A DNA stretch of 62,496 nucleotides, filler included, from Dimargaris cristalligena (taxonomy: Eukaryota): the NCBI GenBank assembly GCA_003614675.1. It is 5 parts of 5 records of this genome, joined end to end, with 100 filler letters (N's around TTAATTAATTAA, not from the genome) between each part and the next. Parts side by side here need not be neighbours in the genome. Positions count along the whole stretch, not along the records: positions 1 to 12,489 come from ML003039.1; positions 12,590 to 25,078 come from ML003040.1; 3 more parts are not named here. One strand, written 5' to 3'. Position 1 is the stretch's first letter; every line of letters begins with the position of its first letter. The translations under genes and the position numbers were made by a program. Below are positions 1 to 12,591 of the stretch, one piece after another. The notes beneath the pieces are model-generated. The model saw only the letters and a program-made list of their open reading frames with translations. It searched no databases and was not told the origin of the DNA.

Positions 1-712
1 CCGGGGGGGCGGAAAAGCCCCCCCCCCCCCCAGATTGGCTGGGACAAGCGTCGGATGCCAGTAGTCGCAGCCGGCCTGAACCTGGTCATTGGCCTGGCTC
101 TACATGTATTGCCAATGAGCAGCATAGGCGTGCATGCTACGCGCAAATCGGCGGGGAGAACTCCGCGCTACGATGGTCCTCCTCCTTAAGAGAAACCCCC
201 ACTAGCCAGCCATTAATTATTTCTCCCACCCACAACAACCATATATGCGCATTGGAGATGAGATGCCCTTCTTGCTCTCCGAATTTAATGTATATGCGGC
301 TAATCCACCACCACTCTATTGCTTGACTCCTTTTGCGCTATTCAGGGCAGCTCAGTTGATCCTATTATATCCTTTTTCATATAAATACTCTTTTACCCCG
401 AGAATCCTGTCCCCCCACTCTTTCTCTCTTTTCCTACTATTTCCCAACTCCCACACACCCCCCCGTCGTGTTTCAGCTTGGCGTTCCTGCTGCTACTATT
501 TCTCGCCTTGCCGAACCGCGTCCTTCTCCTCCTCCTATAACTACTAGCCCTCTCCCGCTTTGGTTTCGTTACTCTCCAATTAATAGCCCTCCCTCTTCTT
601 GCGAGCCTCACGAAGCCAGCTCTATTCCTACTTCGGCCTCCCCCTGATCCCCTTTCCCCCCTTCGATTCTTAAGCACTTTTCCCTGATTGTCGGGAAAGT
701 GCACTCCCCATC

Positions 713-775
713 ACGGATTCCCCACGTCGACTCCTGCTGTTGTTGCGTTGTTGTGATCCACCACCGCCCTGGTAA
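713..775 (+). promoter_or_regulatory. Candidate non-AUG upstream ORF in ODC leader, (M)DSPRRLLLLLRCCDPPPPW*
   Basis: Open frame 674-775 has no ATG. ACG at 713 has A at -3 and G at +4. Ends CCA CCA CCG CCC TGG TAA. Confidence 0.65.
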
Positions 776-1406
776 TTCTTTCGGCTAGTCACATACTTCT
801 GACCTTCCTCAGCTCCACCGACGCTATATATTTTGGTCCGGATCCGCGCCTCCTGCTCCCGAACGACCTCCGACCCCGCCCAACCCACCTGTCCGAATCA
901 CCTCCCCTCCCCCGCTGCGGATAAGCCTTGCTTACCTCGCCCCCCCTTTCATGCTTCCCGGAGTTTATTTCGAATTCGCCGACTTTGCCTACACTTGAGT
1001 CTACCCCCTCTGTCCTCAATTTATCGACCAATTCGGTTGCGTTCGACCTGCATCGACTCCCCCTTCCCCACTGTGTTTCTCGACCGCGTCGCAGTTGGTG
1101 TGCTTGCGCGGAGGGTTCTCGGAGACCCTCCCCTTCATTCTGCTGTTGATCGATAGCCAGCCCGGCCCGATTTGTAATTAATTATAATATCCCCCGATAC
1201 GTCAACCCTTCCTTAACTTTTAGCCTTCAGGAACCCTGGGCCCCTCTGATCCAATTTCCGCGTACACTGGTGCCTCCTTTATTATACTGTCCATATTTTT
1301 GTCTCTCTCTGTCTGTGTGTGTGTGTGTGGCTGTAACCCCCTGATTGCCCCTTCCACTCACTGAGCCTGATTGTACTTAATCGCCAACCCCACTCTTCCG
1401 TCAGCC

Positions 1407-2792
1407 ATGACGTCCCTATCCCCCAATCTCTCTGCTCGTGTCACCATCGAGACCGCTTCCGTTGCGAAGCGCCTCGAGTCCGTGGCCCCTGCGGCGGTGT
1501 CCCGTCCCTCGGTCCTCTTCGACAGTCTGCCCGAGGTGCAACGCTCCCAAATTATCGACCATAAGGCGGAGGACGCCTTCTTTGTGGCTGACCTGGGTGA
1601 GGTCTATCGCCAGTATTTGCAGTGGCGTCAGCTGCTGCCCCGTGTGGAACCCTTCTACGCCGTTAAGTGTAACCCAGACCCCTCCGTGATTCGGCTCATG
1701 GTTAAATTGGGCATCGGGTTTGACTGTGCCAGCCGTTCCGAGCTGCAAACCGTCTTGGACTTGGGCGCCCCGGCCGACTCCATCGTCTATGCCAATCCGT
1801 GCAAGCAGCCGTCCCACCTGCGTTACGCCCTAGAGCACCAGGTCCGACTCATGACCTTTGACAATAGCGATGAGCTTCGCAAGGTGAAAAAGCTGTACCC
1901 GAATGCCCACCTTCTCCTACGCATTCTGACCGACGATTCCAAGTCACTGTGCCAGCTGGGGATTAAATTCGGGGCCCCACTGAACACCACCGTGGGCCTT
2001 CTGCGTCTTGCCCGTGAGCTTGGTCTGACTGTGGTGGGGGTCAGCTTCCACGTTGGCAGTGGGTGCCGGGATGCTTCCCCATTCGCCGATGCCGTTCTGC
2101 GGGCCCACCGGGTTTTCCAAGAGGGGACTGAGCTGGGCTTTGACATGGATATCCTGGATATAGGAGGTGGCTTCCCCAGTGCCCTGGTTCGGGAGGGGGT
2201 TACTTTCCCCCAGGCCGCCGAAGCCCTCCGGGGCGCCCTGGATACCTATTTCCCACCCTCCAAAGGCGTGCGTATTATCGCCGAACCCGGGCGCTATTTT
2301 GTGTCGTCGGCCTTTACCCTAGCGGTTAATATTGTGGGACGCCGTGTGGTGGCCGACCCTCTGGACCCCACCACCCCCACCCACTTCATGTACTATGTCA
2401 ATGACGGTGTCTACGGGAGCTTCAACTGTCTCATGTTCGACCATGCGACCGTGTACCCGAAGATCCTCGTTCGTGACGGCGAACTCCACCAGCCGGCCTC
2501 CCCCGCCCTGTCCGATAGTGGCGAATCCAGCACCACTTCCTTGGACACCCTGTGTTCGGGACCGGCGGACCCCTTTGATCGCGACTGTAGTATTTGGGGC
2601 CAAACATGCGACTCCATTGATTGCATTCGCCCGACCGCCCGTCTGCCGGAATTAGACGTGGGTGACTGGCTCCAGTTCCACGACATGGGGGCCTACACGG
2701 TGTGTGCCGCGTCCCGCTTCAACGGGTTCCGACCCAGCCGGGTGGTTTACACCGACGCCTACAACACCATCCCCTATGAATATCTCCTTTAA
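1407..2792 (+). CDS. SPE1: Ornithine decarboxylase (intronless CDS)
   Basis: PFYAVKCN PLP-lysine motif, FDCAS, GVSFHVGSG, IAEPGRY and WGQTCDSID with the catalytic Cys retained. ATG at 1407 in gccATG context; the ORF track starts at an upstream TTG. Confidence 0.96.
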   Translation: MTSLSPNLSARVTIETASVAKRLESVAPAAVSRPSVLFDSLPEVQRSQIIDHKAEDAFFVADLGEVYRQYLQWRQLLPRVEPFYAVKCNPDPSVIRLMVKLGIGFDCASRSELQTVLDLGAPADSIVYANPCKQPSHLRYALEHQVRLMTFDNSDELRKVKKLYPNAHLLLRILTDDSKSLCQLGIKFGAPLNTTVGLLRLARELGLTVVGVSFHVGSGCRDASPFADAVLRAHRVFQEGTELGFDMDILDIGGGFPSALVREGVTFPQAAEALRGALDTYFPPSKGVRIIAEPGRYFVSSAFTLAVNIVGRRVVADPLDPTTPTHFMYYVNDGVYGSFNCLMFDHATVYPKILVRDGELHQPASPALSDSGESSTTSLDTLCSGPADPFDRDCSIWGQTCDSIDCIRPTARLPELDVGDWLQFHDMGAYTVCAASRFNGFRPSRVVYTDAYNTIPYEYLL

Positions 2793-3451
2793 TATCCAGG
2801 CGATCCAGGGGGAAGGGGGGGCACACTGTTGTTCGATTGGCGATACTGGTATTATTGGTATACTCTACAGCTCCACCCGGATTTTACTTTACTTCCGTCA
2901 TTATTATTCGTTTTTAAATTTAGCCCCATGAATTTAGGAAAACGAAACCATTTTACCTTCTGCTAATTTAGCTACTCCTTCGACATTTGTGCCCGACTGC
3001 CCTTACCACCATTTATCTATTTCTTTTAGCATATTGATGATTGGCATCACCCGTAGGGCGACCAAGACGATGAACAGATTTAGTTTTAGAATATAAATCG
3101 CTAACCTACCTGATGGGGGAGGGCGGAGTACCTTGCTGAGTATTTGGCATTTCGTTTTTAAAACCAGGGCGATAATGGTGATTAATCGCCCATTTCAATA
3201 GGAGCGTTATTCCCGAGAATCCATTCAAGTCAATCTTTTCCGTAGTCTAGTATTTGGGGGTCAAATAGGCGGCTGTTACTCGCTGGTTGAGGGTGGGGTG
3301 GATTAACAGAAATACCCACGTTTATTGTATAAAAAGCTACACCAGGTTGGGGTATTTATGAATTAAAAAAATTAATCGCGGCCATGCAGCTTATTCATTT
3401 ATGCAAACCTGCGTATCCCTTCTATTCTATATAGATCATAGGCTGAGTTCA

Positions 3452-6327
3452 CTAAAAGTACCATTGATCGGCCTCCAGGCGTTCGATTCGAGTGACGCGC
3501 GTCCCACATCGCTCGCAGGAATGATCCTGGTGGTCAAGTGCCATTTGAGTGGCGATGCAAACGTAACAAAAGACATGACCGCAGTTGGTTTGGTAGGGCA
3601 CTCGGACGGGGTGTTGGGAGAATAGCCCACTCTTGGCCGCCGCTGTCGTAGTGATGGTAGTGGCGGTAGGATCATCAGCGTAGTTTGGGGTATTATCAGA
3701 TGTGGCAGCCACTTCCGATTGGCCGTGGAGGATAAAATCCAGGGCCTCCGGATGTGCTTTCATGGCCCCTGGTCCGCCCTGAAGACAAATGAGACACACC
3801 TGAATGGGAATGGCTGCAAGTGCCTTAGTTCGCGCCTGACTCGCCGCTGCACCCACCGCCGGCAAGCCCAGCCACCGGGCGGTGGATTGGCAGGTGGTTT
3901 GGATGCCCCGTTTTAAACGCCGGAAGTTGATGAGGGGGAGGATGAACATGAGAAATTCCTGGGGATATGGGAGGAGTGAATGGCAGGCAGGGAGGGAGTG
4001 ATGCGCTAATAGTTAGGAATAACACTGACAATCACTTCCCCACCCTAGGTTAAGGGGACTGGGCCGCCCAAAACGAACGGGGGGGTTGGAAAAGGGAAGT
4101 CCAGATTATGCTTGTCAGCCGATTACGGCGTATGCCGAGTAGTCAAATGTGGGCATATGAAAAGGAAGAAGGTATTGTGCCATTGGTGGAAAAACATTGT
4201 CGAATTTTCGTTTTCCGAAAAAGAAGAGGAATAATAGGGGGACGATGGATTCGGCAATATGAATACGGCAATTTGAAATAGGGAGTACCAATTGTATAAA
4301 GATAAATAAAGAATCCTACTTACCGTAAAGGCGTACCAAACCATCTGACGATTCAGGTATTCGTAGCTTATCTGAGACTGCATTTGAGGCCGGGAATATA
4401 CCAGTCGCATTCCCAGCAGTCGATTTAAAAGGGACTTGTAGCTGCAGTACACGCAATGCAGACCGAGGCAGCATATGGCATTTTGATTATCAATTTGGAA
4501 AATGAAAGAATAATGGCAATGTGATATATAAAACAACCTGGGTGTGAGTGATTGGAAGAATTGGAGATTTAATCAAGCCATCCGAAGCCCCCCCTCCCTT
4601 CACAGCATTTCCTCGTTCCATGGCATACTTCCTATTTGCAATAGCCATTCCCAACTAAGGTAAGTAAAAAAACAATGAAGCAAACACCTACCGGCCTGAG
4701 TATAGAAAGGCCACGAAATTGATTAGGGTGAGCGTATGGTACCACTTATCAACGAGCTGCACTATACGCCACATCCTTTGTCGCCAGGTATGCTAAAATA
4801 ATGTGATTCACAGTAATATTATATATATATATATATAGCGGGTTAGCCCAGATACATGAATATTGTTATATCGAAGAAGGAGTGGGGAGGGATACCACTC
4901 ATTAGACATCTGCTAGGTCTGCCGCCTACAATAAAACCGTATTCTATTGTAATGCAATAAACAAACCCAAAGTGGGCGGGGTGGGCAGTAGAGTGGTATA
5001 CTCCATTGAGTAGGTTTGATTCCTATTAGGGATGGTAACTTACATCTGGATGGTCCGCCCAACCCTTCGATATCATCAGTCGGTTTAACCGGGTCCAGAA
5101 ATATTGACCACCTACGAGTAGGGCACCGTAGGCGATCTTTTGGGTATGGGATAAGTTGGGGTTCCGAGTGTGATAGCGGTCTGGTTATAGGTGGAAGGTC
5201 GAGTACATTGGTGGTGATGGTGGTGTGTGTGTGGGGGGGGGGGTGATGTAGTACATGATTGAGCATATTAGTAGATAGTATAAGCAGCGATATTGGCTGG
5301 TAGAACGGGAGGGCGCGGGGATCCACTTCAGGCGCAACGGTTTCCACCAACCTATTCCGCCAATCAGTCAAAGTCGAGTGCGAAACAGTTTCGTTGACTG
5401 GATAGGATTCCCTCTAGTCTCCGACCAGGAATAAACCTATACAATAAAAAATTCGGTGGTCCACCGTTACTCACCTTTATGATGTGAAAATTCGTCACGG
5501 TAACGTAGGTTTTGTAATTGGGCTCCGTAGGTGGCCCCTTTTGTGCCACCAACAGTGAGGCCGTAGACGATCAAATGAAATACGGCAGTGATTTCGGGCT
5601 CTATCTTATCTTTGAGGGTACTCTAAACAGCGGCGGCGGGGGGATATATATTCGTATTGGGAGGGAGGGGGCAATTTAAACACCATTCTTATAGAAATGC
5701 ACATTCCCTATCTAATCGGTTACGGCCCAATCTACTGGACTTTGAACACCGAGCGATTGGCTACTATTCCTATTTCTATTTCTATTTCTATTATTATCAT
5801 TATTATTATTTCAAGCTAAAATAGTATGCCCAGTTTACCTTAAAGTAACGAAGTCCCTCCGTCCAGTGCTCCTTGATCGTTTCAACTAGGTCCGCGTCCA
5901 ATAAATCGGCGTCCAGTTGATTAACCCGCGAGACATGCTGTTCTTTAGCTTGGTTGCCGCTGCTCGGAAAGGCCACCCCAAACCAGGTCGCTAGTCCCTC
6001 CCACGGTGACCGGCCATTAGTATGTCGTGGTGGTGGTAATGGGCCAGTCCCCACGGGGTATGAATGAGAGCTTTCGTCGCCGCTGCCATTGGAACGGTGG
6101 AACCGACGCTCCCAGTGCTGAATGCGAGGCGCGAGGGCCTGGGCCTCAGGGGCCCAGAACGGGACGGGGGAACGTACCGCTTGGAGACCCCGGGCCTGGG
6201 GATCGGCCAACGGTGTCGCTGGAGGGGGGGAAGGCCTGGTGGCCAGTAGAGCCAGAACCGGGGCTGAAGGTAACGGCGGAGGCGAAGACGAAGGTGGAGG
6301 CGGTGTTGGGGAATCGGCGGAGGGCAT
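3452..6327 (-). CDS. PEX2: Peroxin Pex2, RING E3 ligase, about 6 exons
   Basis: Exons approx 6327-5839 (RVNQLDADLLD), 5622-5475 (ATYGAQLQNLRY), 5180-5045 (QKIAYGALLVGGQYFWTRL), 4792-4692 (LINFVAFLYSGR), 4441-4324 (ISYEYLNRQMVWYAFT), 3958-3452 (EFLMFILP, RING CLIC..CGHVFCYVC..CERC). GT-AG junctions join in frame. Confidence 0.92.
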
Positions 6328-7098
6328 TATAGACTCAAGGGGGAAGAGTTGCCACTATCGTTGCAATGGAACTATAGAAGAATCGGGCCAAATGGGCAGA
6401 CAAGGTCTCTCTTAGGGGGTATTGGTCAAGGGGGCTGTGGATAAAAAGGGGTTGATGGGAAAGAAGCCGTGGTTATTGTCGAAGGGTGTAGTGAGTAATA
6501 GGACCTTATTACTGCCTGTGTGTGCGTGACGGGTTAGAATTGTAGAGTAGGGGGCTGGTTGGTAGTACTGGGACCAACTCTACCTGCGCAATGGGAAGAG
6601 AGCTCTTCTGGGTCAATTAATTGAAGCTAAGGGATTCCCCACATTCGGTGCTTTGGCTTTTGAGACTAGTTTACTACTATATAGTGTGCTGAGAGGCAAT
6701 ACCAGTGACACGTGAAGGTTTCGGACTGCCCCTCTTCTTTAAGTTGCCCCATATGTTAGTGCACTCTACGCGAAGGTTAGAAGAGACTGGTCACGTCACG
6801 CACTACCCCCGTATTAGGCTTAATCAAACTACTAAGAGCACCCCTTGACCACCTCATATTCCCATAAACACTTTAAACCATGGCAAACTGCCCACTTCAT
6901 CTTAATACTTTTTTTCATTTTCTCAACAAGATAATAAATAATAAGAATGTAATGGCTATAAGGGAAATGGGGAAGTGACAAGCGTTAACGTGGGGTTTTA
7001 AATGACATCCATTTTAGGATAAAACAAAATATAAATGGATTTTGAAAAGCTGAAATAGGAAAAACCAATGTTCGGTATTAATATATTTACTACTACTA

Positions 7099-9974
7099 CT
7101 ACGTACCGAAAGAGTGGCGGTAGAAGGCGGGCGGTAGGAAATTCATCATGAGATCAAACGGCATTTCCACTGCGAAAAGGGTGTTGGGTCCCCAGAATTC
7201 CAAGAGCCCTACATTCTTCAGTCCACTGTCCACCACACGGTATTCGACGGCCTTGTGGCCTACCACTAGGTGGGTCCCACTGGCTGACTCGCCCTCTTGG
7301 TGACTTTGAAGGATCCCGTGGAAACCCGCGGGGGCCACCGTCAGGGAGTCGGCCGTACGCTGGTTGAGTTGGCGGGATAGGTTGGCCTCCATGTCTACGT
7401 CGGCGGTTTCTTGCCTATTCCCGGCCTTCTTAGCCTCACCATCCTGGGTAGCATCATCTTTCATCTCCTTCTCTTCCTCGTCGTCGTCGTCATCATCATC
7501 ATCATCATCGTCCTCATCTACGTCCTCGTCGTCGGTATAGTCGGCAAATGCTCCCGGCACACGGCAAAGCGAATAAGGGGTCCATACCACGAGGTCATCC
7601 GGGGTGGTTGGGTCCACCGCGATACCTTGGATGTATTCAGGGGGATGGGCGAACTGAACCGGTGGCCGGCGCAGACTAGCCCGGGTCCAATCGTTGACAT
7701 CGGAATCCAGTAGGCTGTAAATCAAGACCCGGTTACTGACGAACCCCAGCACCAGGTAGGGGCGGGTGGGGTGGAAACGGAGGGCGGTGCATAGGTCCTT
7801 TTGGCGCACGATGGTATGGCTGTGGGCCAAACGGTGGAGGTCAAACACATGGATGACATGGTGGTCGTCGCACGTGGCCAGCCATTGGCCGTCGTCACTG
7901 ACCGTTAGCAAACGAATCTGGGCCGACGTCCCCAAGAAGGGCGTCGAGGCACCATCGGTGGCGGTCGGTCCCAGCGCACGCCGGGTCGAGCGACGGCGGC
8001 TGTGGTGGTTGAACTGGTGCACCACGGTGGGACTCGCGGCGGGCCAGGTAGTCAAATCAATGACGGAAATGACCGACTCGTAATTCACCATGATCAAGTG
8101 GTCCCCGTCGGGCGTGAACCGGAGGTGTTGGGCCCCCTGGTAGATCCCTCCAGCTCCTCCGCCGCCTGCGACCGGCGAACGGGCGGGCAGGGCCGCACGC
8201 GGGGGGAAGTGGGGCATCTTAGTCAAGGTTACCGACCCCTTGACCATCTCGTCGGCCACACTGGGGTCCCGTTCCACCGCGAACAAACGTACCTTTTGGT
8301 TATCGGATACGGCGATCCACCGGCCATCCGGGGAAATATCGGCGCTCACGACGTGGGAGCCCCCGCTATCCAACCGCAGGTTCAGCACGATGGCCAACCC
8401 CTGGACATGCAGGGAACCGGGGCTCAGCGATTGCCCATTACCACTGCCGCCATTGAAATTGGCCGCGGCCGCTCCACCCCGCAGCACAAACTCCTGGGGA
8501 ATCTTGTACAGACGCAGCTGGTCGTTGGCGAACCCCAGCAGGAACCGTCCCTCCGGGGCCAGGGCCAGACAGCGCAGGGCGGGGGAGTGGCTGATCCCGG
8601 CGAGTTGGGGCTGGGTGTATTCCTCCACGAGGGTGGCCACGACCTTATTGTCCGTACCGGCCGTCACCAAAGTCAAAGAGGGGAGGGGAGACCGGCCCGG
8701 GCCCGGGCTCGGGGACGGATTGAGCTTCGAGGCGGAGGGGTACTGACCCTGGGCGGCCGCGCGGGCCGCCAGACTCCGCGGATCGGTGGGGAACACAATA
8801 AGCGCCCGAATATCGTGCTTGTGGCGCGGGGTGGATTGGGCGTGGTGCCATTGTTTGAACGCCGCGCCCTGGCGCGTACCGAAATCCGACTCGTTGGTTA
8901 ATGCGGTGCTGTGGAATTCCCCGACCCGCATATCGATACTCCCCGAAAAGACCTGGGTGCCGGTGGGATCGGCCGCCAAACAAGTAACCCCGGCCCGGTG
9001 GGCGGGAAAAGCATGGAGTAACGTCAACGAATCGCCATCGTAGAAATTCACCTGGCCACTGGCTAAACCCGTCACAATCGTGTCGCACGCGAGGACTAAC
9101 AGGGCCTGGGCGGGGTTGTTGCCGACCGCTTTGGCGGGGGTGTGGAATTCGCCCAGTTTGCCACCCGTGGTCATATCCCAGACACTGACGTTGCCCAGGA
9201 TGGTACTCGAGTACAGCTGGTTCCGACTCGGGTGCCAGGTCACGGCAACAATCCGTTCATTGAGGTTGGTAAACGTAGTCCGGTACGCGAGTTCGCTATC
9301 CGTAATATCAAACACCCGGACGCTGCCCTTGTCGCAGCCAATGGCCAGAAGCGTATGGTTGTGGTTGACGGCCATACTCCAAATCGGACCTTCGCCCGAC
9401 TCATAGGATCGCTTAATCGTAGAGTTGTTCAAATCCCACTCTTCGACAAATCCGTGCAGACCAGCACTGAACAGACGGAGGGGGGCGCGGGATCCCGAGC
9501 CATTGCCTTTTTCCTCGGGCGAGGCCTGGTGAACCCAGGCAATGGATTCAATCGACCGGGTTTCGCTACCAACCATAACCTGGATAGAAAACCGATTACA
9601 AGAATCACCGTGATGGTGATTTAATATAATATATATACAGTATACTGGATGAGTTAGTCAGATCATATGGAATATCCCAATCCGTATAGATCACAATGAG
9701 GGACAAGATAATTCGATCCGAGGAGCTCAGCTCCCGCGTTAGACATATGCCTATCATATTTGGCCCGAATACCGCGGGCCATGGAAGTGGGAAGTACTCG
9801 GGCCTAACTAACCTTTTCGGGGACATTCTTTTTATTCGCATTCCGAATTTCGATTTGTCCGGTTTCGCGTCCACAGGCCAAGAACCGCCCCGCCTTGAAA
9901 GTAGGCGGAGCAACGGCCAGACATGTATACGCCGATTGGCGGGGGGAGTAGCATGTCGAACGAACGAATTCCAT
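7099..9974 (-). CDS. UTP4: U3 snoRNP WD40 protein Utp4/cirhin, 2 exons
   Basis: Exon 1 9974-9813 (MEFVRSTCY..LACGRETGQIEI); exon 2 9579-7099 with WD repeats, SIESIAW, RLFSAGLHG, HKHDIRAL and C-terminus LPPAFYRHSFGT typical of Utp4. Confidence 0.88.
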
Positions 9975-12489
9975 CGGGGATTCGGAGGTGAGTGGGTGGG
10001 GAGAGGGGCGGAGAAGGTTCGTAACTCGAGTTCAATTTAACCAAGACTGCTCTCGTTGTGCTGCCTGTTCGATATTCAATGGGGTGAGCTGGCAAAAGAG
10101 GGGGGCGAGTCTCTTTTTCAGAAAGTCGGGAATGTACGAGGGCTGAATTCAATAATGGACTAGGGTATGAAAAGGACGGGGAATAGCCACAGGGAAAGGC
10201 CGAATAGGTTGGTCCAAAAGAAAAAAGGAGTAACTGGATACCAAACTCGCTTGTTAATGTTTTGGCTGTGTTTGCGCAAGCCTAGCAGCAAAATCTACCA
10301 ATTGCTAATTCAAAAATGTAAAAAAAATGAGCCATGGCCGAACAGCCGTAACTTGAAAAATCATCCAGAAATATCCAAATGACTATGATCACGTGATTAT
10401 GAAGCATTATCCTACTGCTTGCTGTCAACTGCTGCTGGTGGGGTGGATATCCAACAAAATGCCTGTCATAAATACCGACATCGCCTCAAACACAAAATCT
10501 CTAAAGCGTATTTACACTTAAAACTAATCCCATCCATTAATTTAAATGGTACAATGGATATTAAACGTATCCCCTAAACACAAATTACATAATAATATTG
10601 GGAAATCGTAAAGCAGCTAATATATTAAATCGGTTTGGTTGGTTATCCAGACCACATTATTAACAGGCACTAACGGCATTATAATCCTTCCCAGCCAATC
10701 AAACACCGTCGATATAGCAGGCATAGATGGCTAATGTAATGAAGACAATGCGCGGGTTTCCCGAACGTACTGGTCACTGAATATGTCAAGATTATTTTAT
10801 ATCTGCAAGCCTATTTAGCCATTATTTTAACTTGTTATAGTGAATAGTTAAAATCTCAACTATCTGTGTACTTGAATATTCTTCTAGTCCTATGCAACCC
10901 TCTCGCTGGGTCAAGAGGGCGGTCTTTTAGGCTAGATTACACCTTTTCCTAGCGGAATCTTCCATAATAACAAGCTAGAAAATGACCATCGCTGCATGGA
11001 CTCTTACAGCCGAACATGGAAGCCAAAGCCCACCCCGCAAGAATTTATCCCCAACTTCCCAACAACCTAGATTTGGCCAGACATTGTGATACTCCATATG
11101 CCACTTTTGATATAGAGTAACGTAAATAAAATCCTCCGTTAGTTCAAACACCAACAAGCGGTCTAACAAGCGAGCCTCAACCTTCCACCGGCCATGGTGG
11201 TTGTGAATAGAAATAGATTAAAAATGGTAGAGATGTCGGCGAAGGAAAGGAAGGTGGTCAAGAAGAGGAGCTTGTGGCTTGGGCCACCAGTTAACGGGTA
11301 TATGGGTTTGCTGCCGAGGAGAGGGGCGGTGCATGATTTACAAAGGCACGGCCCTGGGCTATAGACACTCCCTTTCTCCCTTTCCAGGGTCTACGAACGG
11401 GGGAAATAATAGCATAAGGCCAATCCAATGCCTGTCCGCCTGCGCCGTTCGCTTTCCTTTTGGGCGAACTGGGAAAGGGGGACACTGAAGTTGGCGATTC
11501 ACGAAGATAAAGCGGCTTGGACCGGGGACTCGACTAGAGATCTGGGCATCCACAACCCGCACCGAGGATACTATCCGAAGGGTAAATACCAAAGCTCCTT
11601 AAACCTTAGGCTATTTCCGCCTCCCAGCCAAAAAATATATATGCAGATTAGCCAACATCGTTGGGGTTCGTAGTGCCTGCATATCAAGTAGTAAAAATTA
11701 AAGTTTTGTTTTTGGCTTAGGTAAAATAAGCCATTCTAGATAAATGTTGGACTTACTAACTAGTGGCCGTGGGTCGCCCTATGAATTGCTTTTAGTCACA
11801 ACTGTGCTGCCGTGGGCAGCTGGCCAGAGGCCGCGTAAGCCCCAGTACACATTGCTAATCCAAAAAGTAGTCATACTTTGGATAAATTCAAGGTCCCCGG
11901 ATGATTGACGAGTTATTTCCATGGGAACGGTCTGGGGTCATTAATGTTATTTTATTTCTTTATGCTAGCTGATTCTCTTTTCGTTCAGCTTTCCAAATCA
12001 TATTTCCATTTACCTTTCCGTCTATTATTGACAAAGTTATAGGTCATCAAAATCAATAGTGATTTTAAAACTATGACGATTGACCACCTCATATTACTAC
12101 TTTTATGCTATTGACAATCCTTTATGAGCAGGGCTTAGGAATAACCAGCCTCCGGTGGATTCCTTCTGGGAATCACACCATACAACTTCTTAGCATGAAT
12201 TCCATTTATTAGTTTTATCGATATCCGATATGAAGGAGGTCTGGGAAGGCTGTGTCTTCCAACCTTCCAAATTCTATATTTTGTTTCTTTTTTAACCATT
12301 CATGACTATAGTTTAGCCAGTAGGTTAATTTTTCCCCTATCTTTAGGTTTTTTTTATGTCCTACAATTATTGCAGCATTACTCTTAGCTATAGTTATTTA
12401 GTTTGGTTATTTTCCTATATATATCTTAGTAGTATCCCCTCAGTTGAAGGGACAAGTTAGTTTCGAGATAAATGAATAAATATCTGTTT

Positions 12490-12589
12490 NNNNNNNNNNN
12501 NNNNNNNNNNNNNNNNNNNNNNNNNNNNNNNNNTTAATTAATTAANNNNNNNNNNNNNNNNNNNNNNNNNNNNNNNNNNNNNNNNNNNN
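12490..12589. other. Artificial contig linker
   Basis: 44 N + TTAATTAATTAA (stops in all six frames) + 44 N. Confidence 0.98.
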
Positions 12590-12591
12590 CC

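Noticed and set aside
1..31. GGGGGGGC-GGAAAA-GCCCCCCC hairpin at window start
   Set aside because: Homopolymer runs at a contig edge with no supporting element features.
7464..7535. GAT/GAC trinucleotide run
   Set aside because: Encodes a poly-acidic tract in Utp4, common in nucleolar proteins.
8002..8901. 299-aa plus-strand ORF
   Set aside because: Antisense shadow of GC-rich UTP4 with no motifs.
12534..12545. Periodic TTAATTAATTAA every ~12.5 kb as a biological repeat
   Set aside because: Embedded in fixed N runs; an artificial linker.
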